DNA from: Chrysomallon squamiferum | Lineage: Eukaryota; Animalia; Mollusca | Reading direction: 5' to 3' | DNA: 64,000 nucleotides | Assembly (NCBI GenBank): GCA_012295275.1 | Contig: CM022672.1 | Location: 28,644,001-28,708,000 of the forward strand | Part shown: positions 40,269 through 52,235 of the stretch, in pieces | How the letters are laid out: every line of letters begins with the position of its first letter | Position numbering within the stretch: position 1 is the stretch's first letter | Made by a program: the position numbers and the translations under genes | Notes under the pieces: generated by a model | Told to the model about the DNA's origin: nothing | Database searches by the model: none | The model's input: only the letters and a program-made list of their open reading frames with translations

Positions 40269-41562
40269 CAGGGGTCACCAACTATTTTGAACATGACAGC
40301 TACTTCATAGGTACTGAGTCATATGAAGGGCTATTAGTTTGTTACTCTTCTGAAATAACAAATTTGTTCAGTTTATCTTTAGTTATATATTATTATTAAT
40401 GATTTCTCACTATAATTATCACCAGTGACTTAACAAGGTTGGATACACATAATATTCAACCTTTAATTCTACTGACCTCAATAATTGTTTAAATTTCAGA
40501 TGATCAGTTCTACAACATTTAATAAGAAAAATGTAGCATTTTTGCTAACTACTGACAACCCCTATTAATAAATCGTGAACTATGTTGCACCATCTTTGAA
40601 AAATGTACTCATTGTTTAATGTCCAAAAAAATCATTTTTCATATTTTTGAATAAATCTTACCACATTTTATACTTATGAACAAATCTGTGGCTTTTTTAA
40701 CAAAATTATGTCTGTTACATTTCATAACACATTTTTGAATTAAACACAATTTTTTAATTTTTTAATACTACTTTGTCATGGCACTGCCATATTTCCAGTG
40801 ACAACATCTGGTGTTTGTTTCTTTGTTAATGGGAAGATTGGCATTGCTTGCTGTTCACCATTGTATTGTACACCATTGTATTGTAATCTGGTATGTAACT
40901 TGATTCTGAGTGAGTCTTGTAGATGTATGTGCATTGATAAGGTGTATTCTGTGTTTGTTTTTGATGAAGTTCATGCCAGAAAATGCTGATTTACAGAGAT
41001 AGGTTGAACCAAAAAGGCTGGCAACCTTCATAGCTGCTGTGCACACACCACAGTACGTTTCTGTGTCAACAAGGCAGCAAAAGTTTGTGAGGCCTGGTAG
41101 GCTTTAAGGTGGAGGTCATTTTGCAGTGTTACAGTTTCAATCTCCACCTGTCCAGCATCCAAGTTAAATGTTGCACTCAGTTGCTTAGCAAGGTGTGTTA
41201 GGTGTTTTTTTAGGGGAGAAGCCACATTCAGCTCTCCATCTTCGTTTCATCTGCTTTTTTACTCACCATAAATGCTGTATTTTTGTCATGCTAACAATAG
41301 ACTTGAATAGGCCTGAGTTCACCTTAACTTAGTGAGACTTCATGTATAATATTAATATTTTTATTTATTTTATTTTAAAGATATTGTTGTTTTCAAATTT
41401 ATATAAATGCAACTGTGATTATTACAAAAGAATAAAAGCAGAATAAAATTAAATTTTAGATGCAACTCACTGTGTTGTGCTATTTTAATAACAGGCCTGC
41501 AGGTGACTCACGTGGTTCTTGGGGGCAACCTGTGCCCATGGTTACCGTGTTGGTGATCCCTA
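40269..41562 (-). mobile_element. Internally deleted hAT-Charlie element
   Basis: TIR CAGGGGTCACCAAC / GTTGGTGATCCCTA. TSD GTCTAGAT / TTCTAGGT. Remnant peptides LFGSTYLCKSAFSGMNFIKNKHR and EIETVTLQND. Confidence 0.88.
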
Positions 41563-43087
41563 TTCTAGGTCATCATAAAATCCTATAAAGAAATGTAACA
41601 GTGTTTTTAAATATGAGAGAGGTGGTTTCAGTATTTCATTATTATTTTATGAATAATAATTTTTAATAATACCTATTAAATTTATTGCCAAATAGCACTT
41701 TACTATTATTTCTTTTTAAGTTTGCACTAAGTTTCATGTGTTTAATATTCAATTTTTTTTTTTTTAAATCATTTGTTTATAATTTTTTTTCTGTCGAATG
41801 TCCTGCCATATCAGTCTGGAGAAACCATAAAAACCAAAAAGATCAATGAGTAAATGTTGCGAGTTAGCAAAAGAAGCCAAAAACATTATGTTTTCTCTAG
41901 ATTATATGTAATTTATTACTTATTATAAATTTAAAGTTAAAGGTATTGCCTAATTTGAAAGCATAAAACAAAAAAAAAAAAAAAAAAATTACTTGTAATT
42001 AAATGTTTTTGGATACGTTACTGTATGATGTATTAATGCAAATTTCAGTTAATGTGGCATAATTTTAGCAATATGAATGCTATAGGCATCTTTTTCCAGA
42101 ACTAATTAAAACTTTTTCTCAGAATCAGCGTATATGGCGAGTTCACAATATTTAGTAACTGAAAAAGAGAAGAACCCATCTTGAGAAATCATTTTGTAGT
42201 GTGGAGTTCATTACAAAATGTTTTTATAATTTCCTACTTAATATTCAGTTTAGTATGACAGATGACTAATTAACATAAAATGTATGTTTCATTTATTGTC
42301 TACTTTTCATAACCTAAACAAATAACCTACATACTTACATATATAATTATATACTTCCAAATGATTGATTACTTTTGTTCTTGTACCAGTTTTAAGGAGA
42401 TAGATGTTAAAATCCGTTATTACAGTAGCAGAAGTATTTGATTTAGATGAGGTTTTCTTGTATCAAAGACATGGACATTTATTTATCAAATAGTTTGTGT
42501 TTGTTTGATGTTTTTTAAAGCTTTGCAGCATTTATGATGGTTGTACTTGCTAATCTTTAAATTGGAATATTTTAGATACGTTATCTAGTAAATAAACAGT
42601 TTGCATAAAATAAATTAGTTAGAATTTCTTAATGTTTTATGTAGGACTTTTAAAATTATATTCCTCTGTACTGTACTTCATAAATAAAATGTGGCATATC
42701 CTACAGTGACAGTTCATTTCCTTATCAGGGATCAGATGATTCATAGATTGTCTGTAGTTAATATTATTATTATTAGGTCACTTTGATAGTTCTTATATCT
42801 TTGTAATTTTATGATGTAAATGATTATTAAATAACCAAAAAATTTCATAGTAATATCAGAATATGTTTTTTTCTGTTTATCAAACAATCAACTGAAACCT
42901 GGCCATGCTGATACTAGAAAGCTCAGATATTACCTTGAAAACAGAGAAAAGAGGCTGATTACTGTTTTCTACATGGAAACATCTGATACAGTTCACCTTG
43001 GAAGTGTTTAGTTTTTTTACTTGCAATACTCACTATACTGTTAACTAATGAATACCTTTACTTGCAGTGCTGAAACACCTATCCGAT

Positions 43088-43367
43088 AGGAGACCTAAGA
43101 CTGTAGAGAGATGCAAAGTAAAAACTGAAACTTGAAAATCTGGGGTTTTTTTTTAAATTTTAAATTATTTTTGTTTTTCTGTGTTAAATAGTTCTGAAGC
43201 ACATTTACATTAATTTTATTTTCTGATGTCATACCACAAAACTATTCCACTTTAGAAATAAGCAAATTAAAAACCCCTCAAACTGTATTACTGGTTTTAA
43301 CAATGCTGAAAATACAAAAATAATTGGTTTTGATTCTTCCTTTATGGATGTAACAGATGGTTGTATA
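43088..43367. repeat. Chimeric local duplication: direct copy of ~37421-37572 fused to an inverted copy of ~38329-38443
   Basis: AGGAGACCTAAGACTG.AGAGAGATGCAAAGTAAAAACTGAAACTTG is shared with the end of A6. AAATAAGCAAATTAAAAACCCCTCAAAC...GGATGTAACAGATGGTTGTATA is the reverse complement of the 38.3-kb region. Confidence 0.85.
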
Positions 43368-43839
43368 AATATTAGCAAAATAAGCTCTCCCGATTAGCAA
43401 ATACTGAGAATGCTGAAAAGTTACATATTTTGCCATATGTTTAGGTGGTTAAATAACTGCTGTAGAAATTCTGTTTTTATTGGAAACAAATTCATTTGAT
43501 GCAATTAAAGCTGTAACCTTTCAACTAGTGTGGTAGGCATTGAACTGGACTGAATATGTGATTCAGTATCTCAAAGATTTTGCTTGAATCATGTATGCTA
43601 AATAGATATTAAACAGTTTAATTATGTTAACTGTAATTATTTCTTTAATTAAAAATAATATGACATCTACAAATAACTGTATCATTGGTGGAACTTGGAT
43701 ATTACTTTTTATTGTTCTGTACTCAGATTTAGGTTCACACAAAAAAACCCACGTTATTACCATTTTAATATTACCATGTAGATAAATTCCTTGCAATATT
43801 TCATCCAACGAAAATTAATTTGGTCTCTCTTCATTTCAG

Positions 43840-44001
43840 TTTTTATGGCAGCATCAACTTCCATCCAAGTTTCCACAAAAATCAAGGGCACAAAAACAAA
43901 AAGAGTACAGAGAAAGACAAAAGTTAAAAGAGGGGTCTGACTTTCTATTAAGAGAAAGAATTAGAATCAGGAAATATGCAAAAAGAAGAAAAAACAATTA
44001 G
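43840..44001 (+). CDS. Alternative terminal exon A8: unnamed basic helical module (absent from the ORF track)
   Basis: Acceptor catttcag in phase 0. Encodes FLWQHQLPSKFPQKSRAQKQKEYRERQKLKEGSDFLLRERIRIRKYAKRRKNN*. Confidence 0.75.
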   Translation, partial: FLWQHQLPSKFPQKSRAQKQKEYRERQKLKEGSDFLLRERIRIRKYAKRRKNN

Positions 44002-45823
44002 CAGAACAGAATACCTAAGAGTCCATGTTGTTCAGTGGAACTGTCCTGCTCACCTGTGTATGGTACCTGACTGTTTCAAATGCTGCTATCTTTTTAATTT
44101 ACTTATTATTATTATTATTTTTTTTTTTTTTTTTTTTTAGTTTTTTTTTTTTTTTTTTTTATTTGTTTAATAAAAATGGAATATATATGTTCAGAAATGT
44201 ATCTGGATACTTAAAACATCCAAAATAACGAACATTTTTGGTGAATGACCGGAAAGGAAAGTGGCAAGATTATCTTTCTATCAAAAGCAGTTTAATTTTT
44301 TTACTTTAGAAAAATCTATAATAGAACAATATATTCCCTGCAATGACAAGTACTAAACCCTTTACTAAAAATAATTGTCATTCAGTTGTTATTTTGGAAG
44401 TGTCTTTGATTTACAATTTCAAGTGCAAATCTTTCATTATATTTCTGTGTATATTAACTGTTTTGTTGTGTCAAAAATAATATCACATTTGTTTTATTTT
44501 ATTTACTTTGATATTTACATGTAACAGGCTTTCCAAATTATTGTCTTAAAGGAGTTTTCTACATACATTTTATTGCTAAATATTTTATCTGTAAGTATTT
44601 ACAATACACTTTTTACAGTTGATCAGAGATGAGACTGAATTATCTTGTGTTTTGAGATATAGTCAGATTACTAATAAATCATTTGTATTTTCCATTCATT
44701 CACTTTTTGTTTTTAATAAATGTTTTCTTACAAATATTTGCAGAAATGTTCCTCCGCAGCAATATTGTTTTTGTTATCAATATTTCAGAAGATTCTGCTG
44801 GTGATATGTTGATATGAGTGTATTATTGATTTTCAAACTAGTTAACTTAATGTAAATTCATGTGTTAGTTATGGTAACTTTTCACTACAACATCCATGCA
44901 ATGTTTATTTCAGGGAGCATGTTTAATCATGATAACTTACCAAACATTTAAATGAAATTTGAGTACACAAAGTTTAAATTTTCAATTTGCTCTTTCCTTT
45001 GTATGACTGTATCTGTGTGTGTGTCTGTTACTAATTCAAGTGAGATCTATGCTATTGGATAAATATCTTATTTACCAATTTTAATAAATAATGTACTCAC
45101 TGTACTGTTAAATTAAAAAACAAAGTCAAAACAGACAGTGGTTTGGAAATCAGTTTTGATAACATGCTCACACAAATGCTATTTTTAGACATGTTGGGTA
45201 ATAACATCTCTCAACCATTAATAATGATAGTAAACATTCTCAGAGTCACATGATCAGAACAGAAAATGCAACATAATAAAATAGCCAGAAAGTATATTAA
45301 CGTGTTTGTCACTCTAAATACCTATTTGATACTGTACACTATTATAGTAACAAAATTTGTGAAGACAGCTGTCTAAACTAAACATTGACATTTCTCTTGT
45401 TTGGATTAAATTACTCATTTAATTAAATCATTGCACAAGTGTATTTGTGCAAATTTGTAAATAGTGAATCAAGTTTTTCCTGTTAAGTTACAGTGATTAT
45501 CAATATTTTTACATTTTGATACTGAAATGGCCCATACATTTTTGTCTTTGTGTGTGTTCTCTGAGAATAATAATAAGTATTGCCTGTGTAACTATGTAAT
45601 AATTATTTTTATCTAAAGACAACATTAATTCTGTTTTAAATAAAATTTTACTTCATACAGCAAAATCTAATGTTGTTTATATTGAAATAAATAAAGAGAA
45701 ACACGTTTTTAGCATTAAAATAAAGAGCTGAATGAAAAATAATAACATAATTGTACACTGATAAGTATTAATAGACTGTGGGCATATTATATAACTTAAG
45801 ATGATGACATGACTTCTTTTCAG

Positions 45824-46009
45824 CATTTCCTGTGGAAAATGCACAAGACAAAATCTCGAGCACAAGTGCAGAGAGAATATAGAGAAAGAAGAAAGAGACG
45901 TGAAGGAGAGAATTTCTTGTTCAAAGAAAGAATGAGAATTCAAGCCTATCGTCGCAAAGCAAAGGAAGACTTAAAAAAATTCAGAAATCAGATTCTGGAA
46001 ATGAACTAA
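45824..46009 (+). CDS. Alternative terminal exon A9: unnamed basic helical module, paralogue of A8
   Basis: Acceptor cttttcag in phase 0. Encodes HFLWKMHKTKSRAQVQREYRERRKRREGENFLFKERMRIQAYRRKAKEDLKKFRNQILEMN*. Confidence 0.78.
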   Translation, partial: HFLWKMHKTKSRAQVQREYRERRKRREGENFLFKERMRIQAYRRKAKEDLKKFRNQILEMN

Positions 46010-47046
46010 ATCTTTCAGAAGTGATTGTTTCCTAACACAGGAGAGCAAAATATGTAGATGAGTTTTTCTGATGAAAATTCTATTCACTTGCAACATTTCT
46101 AACTGCATCTAAACTTTAGCTGAACAAAAAATGTTTACAAAATGCATTACAAATGAACATTAATAACATGTAATTTATAAGATATTTTTAAAGTTATCTG
46201 TTGTGAAATCCTTTCTGTTATATTTTAAATTAATAGCAAAAGAATAATATATGTGTTTGTGTGTATTTTAGATTAAAATGGCAACAAAAATTACAGTGCC
46301 AGTGAATGAGTGAAGAATAAGAAGGAAAATTGAAAAGATGACAGAAACAAACACAAATTTGTGCTTGCAAACAGAAATAACTTGTTAATAATAAATTAGT
46401 GGAACATACATAATTCTGTGTTTTTTGTTTGTGTGTTTGTGTTTGGAAATTATTATTAATTCACATAATGTGGAGATTTTTACTTAGAAAAGAACAAAAT
46501 TTTATGTGATTATAGAAAATAGTTTTCCATTTTATTTATTTTATTTGTATTATACAAGATATTTTGATTTATATTATTACTGTTAAAGACAGGAGCATTG
46601 TTAAGAACTTGAGATAATTATGAAATTAAGTAACCACCAGTTATTACAAAATATTATAGATAAATACGTGATACAAGTTTAGATAATGTCAGTGCCAGGA
46701 CTATTAAATTACTAAAGTAACTGATGATATGTGACAACAACATAAATTTTTTATAATACTTTAATGTGGAGGTTCTCAGTTTTTGTGACCTCTGCTATAA
46801 AGTGGTACAAGCTTCTCAGATTATAAATTGTATTGAATGTTTTATAGACATCTATGGTTTTATTCATTAAAATATTTTGTAAAACAAATTTTATTTAATA
46901 TTTTACTTAGTTTGCATGGTGGAATGTTTTGATATTAATGGGTTGAGAAAAATTATTGATAACTGCTGATGGATGTATTGTATACAAAACACATTTATCA
47001 ACAATTACAAAAAATTCTATCTGACATTTTAATGATTAATTTTCAG

Positions 47047-47099
47047 AATCAGTCAGATGCAGAGACTCAGCATGAACTAAATGAGAAGACTAAAAATAA
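47047..47099 (+). CDS. Predicted 53-nt internal exon, phase 0 in and phase 2 out
   Basis: Acceptor aattttcag with upstream CTGAC. Open frame NQSDAETQHELNEKTKN+AA. Donor AA|GTAAGC. Joins in frame to the exon at 47667. Confidence 0.6.
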
Positions 47100-47666
47100 G
47101 TAAGCTGACATTTGTTTATAAACAAGCTCCTATGTTTTTGGTACTATAAAAACAGTGTTGATGGTGTTCTGTACAATTTTTCATTATTAGATAGTTGTAA
47201 ATAATAAAAGAATATTAATTATGAAAACAAAATAAAATAATACTAAATAAAAATCATACAAATTTATTTTATTATTACTTTTACAGATTTAAGTTATTTA
47301 TTATTGAAATTTAGTTAAAATTATTATTCTTTTAAAAAAAAGAAATGTATTTATGTATACATCCCAACAGTCACATATATATATGCTTGCACAGAACATG
47401 ATCAATTTGACATTTACCAGACACACTTTCAATTCTAAAAGATAATTTTGGGGGATCATTTTATAAATTTATAATGTATCCAAAACAGAAATATTTAATT
47501 TTGACTTTAAAATAATTTTCCTAATGTTAATGATATTAAACTCTTATTTAAAACAATCATAAATCCTTTACACAAATTTCACAAAATTAAATCTATTTGC
47601 TCAATTGATTTTCTGTTGACAGCAAAATAGAAAAGTAAGACATAATTTTTATTTCATTTTTTTCAG

Positions 47667-47880
47667 ATGTTCACAGAAGAACAAAGAAAACAGAGAGTTT
47701 TCTCAAGTTAAATACAAATGCTATATTTGTTCTAATCAATACAGCCAAAGTTCAGCCCTCTATCGACATTACATGCGGCAACACAAAGGGAGACAATTTG
47801 TGTGTAAAATATGTGGACAGAGCTACAGTAGAAAATATGGTCTTGACCAACATCTCAAAAGAACAGGCCATGTTAGTTAA
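47667..47880 (+). CDS. Alternative terminal exon A10: two C2H2 fingers, phase-2 acceptor (absent from the ORF track)
   Basis: Acceptor ttttttcag|A TGT. Encodes CYICSNQYSQSSALYRHYMRQH and CKICGQSYSRKYGLDQHLKRTGH, stop 47878-47880. Confidence 0.82.
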
Positions 47881-47969
47881 TATTTTATTGTGTGAGTGTT
47901 TATAAAGTTCTAACTCTACAAAGTATATAAATTAGAAATAATAATAACTGTTATTTTCAGAACTGGAAT

Positions 47970-48761
47970 TAAGTTTTAAAACTGGCCATTAAGCCACCAA
48001 TCAACATTCGTGAGGGTAACAGCAGATTCAGGTTAACCTGTGTGAAAGAAACTTCAACAGAAAACTTTGTCACTTCACTTTCATACCACAGTTCAATGAT
48101 AAAACATACACAGTTGTGATATGCATAGAAAAACCTTTTGATTCTAAAACAGTTGTCCCCTGGACAATTGCCCGCACCACATTTTTTTCTTCCAATAATT
48201 ATTTTCCAACACAACGACATATTATACATGTTTTTTAATACTTCAAAAAATAACAGAAATTCAGAGGAGTCTGTCCATAGTTCTCTAGCAAAGCTTTGTA
48301 TAAACAACAGCTCATTCACAAATTCTGTTTCAACTATAACCATGTATATTAAGGCACTTCTTACTAGAGTTCACTTTCAGTTGTCACAATTTTATGTTGT
48401 GTGCTATTCCAAGCAAAATAGTCCAGGACGTGTAGGTTTTCATGCTGTCTGACCTGTCTCAGCAAACACATTGAAGCTTCTTGGTATTTTCAATGAAGTG
48501 GTTGAGGTCCTCCCTTGCCAATCATCTGGTTTATTTCCACTTCATTCAATGCTTGTTCAAGTTTTAAAATGTCTATGAAAGCTACCATTACTTCATCCAT
48601 TGAAATGAATGCAGTTGCAGCTATCTGACATATCAGTAACACAAACTCTTCAGTATTATAATGAACTGCCAGATATTGAGTTTAACATGGTGCCAGCTGC
48701 ATTGGCTCAAATGAAAGAAGCATCCATCCTCAGTGCAGTTGGAGAAAACATTCAAATGCAT
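47970..48761 (-). mobile_element. Decayed Mutator-like (MULE) transposase fragment; boundaries approximate
   Basis: Minus-strand DGCFFHLSQCSW...IAATAFISMDEVMVAF...VLDYF matches the GCxFH / ALAF / LDYF pattern of MULE transposases. Confidence 0.6.
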
Positions 48762-49370
48762 TATTTTATTATAGCTGCTTAATAAATATATTATAATGTC
48801 TTTATTTTACACTTGTTTGTTTTGTTTTTTGTTTTTTTTTAAATTACATTATCTACATTATAAGGCAGAGCTGGACAATATAAATCACAATTTTTAAAGT
48901 TTTGTTTTTAACAAACTAAATTTGTCAAGGCTAATTTTAATCTGTCATCTGTGATCTTGATGGTGTCTCCTGACTGCAGATAATTCACAAAAAGAGAAAC
49001 AGTATTTCTCTCACAGCTGAACTGCAAGTGAACAAAACCAGTTTTTAATTTCATATACACCTTTGTGAGATCTGATTTCTTTTTTTTTCTCATATTTTAA
49101 AATATGTACAAAATTAAAAATGTTTTTTGCTTTCATGAGCTAATTGTCTCAAATTAATCTCCATTCAAAACAAAATATTTTCAAGAATTGTAGCAAAAAA
49201 GTGGACCACAAAAAAAAAGAAAATTAAATTTTGAGAATTTACTGAATCTTTTCATCTTTGAATCTGTGATAAGACAGGCTTTATTAAATCATGTTGGCAA
49301 CCGTTAATTTTTTCTCTATGTTAGGATAGAATTAATATTTTTCATCTGATTTCATTATAATTTATTTCTG

Positions 49371-49553
49371 TCACAAATAGTTATGTTTGTACTGCATGTG
49401 GATTTTCAAACTATCCTTTCTGTTGAAACTTCTGCTACAAATGACACAGGTGAAAGTCTTTGGAAAGTGAATACTGTCCTCATGACATTTCAGGTGATCT
49501 TTCCTTTCAAAGTGTTTGTTGAAAACAGCACAGAAAGCTTGTTTGTTTGACCT
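49371..49553 (-). pseudogene. Terminal finger exon B12, probably damaged
   Basis: Finger 1 has lost a Cys (CAVF). Finger 2 CVICSRSFNRKDSLKIHMQYKH is intact. It lacks the ACAG found after the acceptor in its twin at 53695, making it phase 0 instead of phase 2. Confidence 0.6.
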
Positions 49554-50376
49554 CTGAAATAAAAGATCACACACTATTAAGCAGGGTTTTTCAACAAGAA
49601 ACATAAACCTTTTGTTTCTTTTTAATATCTTCTCACAGCAGAAAGTAACATACTTTAAACATTAAGTAAAGATTTAAAAACAAATAAACACTCTTTTAGT
49701 GAATATATAAAATTATCTTTGTTAAAGTTGTTTAAAATAACTAATAACAAAGTTTTTCAGAGTAACATGTTCATGTAAGAACATGGTTACATTATCAATA
49801 TCACATAACAGGAAGCCTATTATGTGTGTCAAATAACTGTCATGATTAATTTGTTTCATAAAATATCACAAATGTCACTTATGTCAAATTGAATGTGTTA
49901 CAACTATGCATGTCAAATTTAGTGTAAAAAAAAAAGAGAATATTTGAAGACATTAAACAGAAGTATTCCTACATCATACATGTTAATTAAATGACACATG
50001 AAAGTTGCACATTCTCAACAATTTATAAATGCAAACTGAAGCAGAAATTTATGTGGTTTTCTAGAAATGCATTTTATCTCTTTAGTGCAGTAAATCTGCT
50101 TATATGTTTGTAAAAAAAAAAAAAAAGAAAAAAAAAAGTAGACAACATAATCAAACTTCAAATTTACACAGATGCTTGTAGACATGTATTCTTAATAGCC
50201 TAGTTTTGTTTGTTGTGTATGTGTATAATGTGTATATGGAGGGGTTGATGCATTCTTATGTGTTGGTGAATGAAACAGTTTCTTTGTATATTCATAAATC
50301 TGAATTTATCTGTGATTGTGTGTGTGTGTGTGTGTGTCTGGTGCAGGTTAGAATAAATCTACAAGTTACATGTTAG

Positions 50377-50593
50377 TTATTTATCATGACAGGTTTTCAT
50401 GTGTCTTGTCAAATTATCCTTTCTCATGAATGATCTTCCACAGATGCTGCACAAGAAGCTGCCATCCTTTATGTGCACAGTCTTCATGTGTCGAGTGAGA
50501 TCATAGACTCGTGTGAACTCTCTCTGACAGAGTGTACACTGATACTGAAAAGTGCCATCAACATTTGACCATGGTCCATCAGTCCTGAATGCT
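50377..50593 (-). CDS. Terminal exon B11: two fingers, phase 2
   Basis: Acceptor gtatttcag|A GCA. Encodes CTLCQREFTRVYDLTRHMKTVH and CSICGRSFMRKDNLTRHMKTCH. Confidence 0.85.
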
Positions 50594-51701
50594 CTGAAAT
50601 ACAAATTAGATACTGCATCTGATACTGTTTTACATCTGTTCAGTCAACTGTAAATGAGGTCAAGTGCGTATGACTGTTCTGTTGGATTAATGACAATGTG
50701 TATGTATAAATAATTCATTATCATGAAACATAGGTGACATCCTTTATGAATGCAGCAGTAATAAATTCTATTTACATGACAAATGTTGATACAACTGTAG
50801 ACAGAGAGATAACTAATCGATGGACATTGAACCAACAAACATTTGGCTGGACAGACAGAATGGACCTTCGGCATTTTAAAAACAAATTGTTATTTTCATC
50901 TTTCTTTATAAACATTTATTTTATTTTATAAAACTAAAAAAAAAAAAAATAGCATAACTGCAACATAAAAAATTCTTTATTGTACATAAGTTGCCTTAAA
51001 GATATTAATTGTAATATTTGAGGATTGTGCTATTTTTCCATAAGCTGATTTCAAATGCTAGTATTCACTGTATTCAATTTTGTACAACATTAATCCATGT
51101 TGTTAAACTTGCGAAGAAAAACAGTCTGCAATACAAAACTTGTAATCTTAAAAAACAAGTAAAACTATAACAAATGTTACCATTACTAACACAGAATTAA
51201 ACATGTAGGTGTTACAAGCAACCTGTGTGCATGTATAGTGTTAATTCTATTAATAACATTATAAAATAACAAATCCAACTCTAAATGTACCTTCACTTAT
51301 TTAAAATGATGTCATTTCATCCCTTATATGTTGAAAACATGAAACCCCACCTATAGTTACGTACTGCTGAAACACATGTAAACATGTACAGTAAGTTTAG
51401 AACTGTGATTGGTCTGAACTGTGGATCTGAAACCCTCATATAATTGGAGAAGCAGTTTTATCAAACAGCTAATCTTCATCCTGACACTGAGAATTAAGTG
51501 AATTGTTGAAAAACATGACTTCTCTTCTAAATACATGAAATAAATATTCCAACACAACTAAATCAAAACTTTGTTATTTATACAACTTTTCGTTAGTAAA
51601 GATGACAAAAATAGGCTCCTTGTTTCAGTCAAGATAGGTTTTGTTGCAATACAAATATTAGTTATATTTTTACATTTTGATACTGAAATGGCCCATGCTT
51701 T

Positions 51702-51705
<4 letters not shown>

Positions 51706-51750
<45 letters not shown>
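51706..51750. repeat. (TG)n microsatellite within a short repeat also present at ~45503-45577
   Basis: Flanks TTTTACATTTTGATACTGAAATGGCCCAT and TTCTCTGAGAATAATAAT occur at both sites. Confidence 0.85.
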
Positions 51751-51751
<1 letters not shown>

Positions 51752-51939
51752 CTCTGAGAATAATAATTAATTATATGAGGGTTGAACCAGCATGTATAAT
51801 TTGTGAAACAATCCAGTTTAGGCTTGAAATGTAATAAAACATTTAAAATACTCAATGGCCCTTGTTTGAATGATTTAGTTATAAGGGAAACATTAAAAAG
51901 TATTTCACAAGTGTAGCCCCACATCTGTCCTGTACGGTG

Positions 51940-52235
51940 CAAAACTGTCCTTCCTAACCGAAATGTGATCGCTGATTTTATTCTCTATGAAAGACCACAC
52001 TGGGGGTCTTTTAACATTTCTTTCCCAGAGTAGTTGTAATTTTTGCAGACAAAATGGGTCCACCAAAACAGTACTTCACCCATAGCTTATATAATTCTTA
52101 AGGAAATCATAGGGCTTTGAGCATCTGTTTACAGTGTAAAACTGATCCCCCTAACCAAAATGTGATCTCTGCTTTTATGCTCTACAAAAGACCAAATAGG
52201 GGGTATTTTGACTTTCCTTTTCCAGAGTGGTTGGA
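51940..52235. repeat. Two diverged direct repeats ~198 bp apart, probably inside an unidentified element
   Basis: AAAACTG..CCTAACC.AAATGTGATC.CTG.TTTTAT.CTCTA..AAAGACCA occurs at ~51941 and ~52138. Also ~51860-51919 resembles ~52842-52902. Confidence 0.7.

Noticed and set aside
47677-47880. Use of the second AG (47675-47676) to make A10 directly phase 0
   Set aside because: Possible but disfavoured. The first AG follows the pyrimidine tract, and the 47047-47099 exon supplies the matching phase-2 donor. Needs RNA data.
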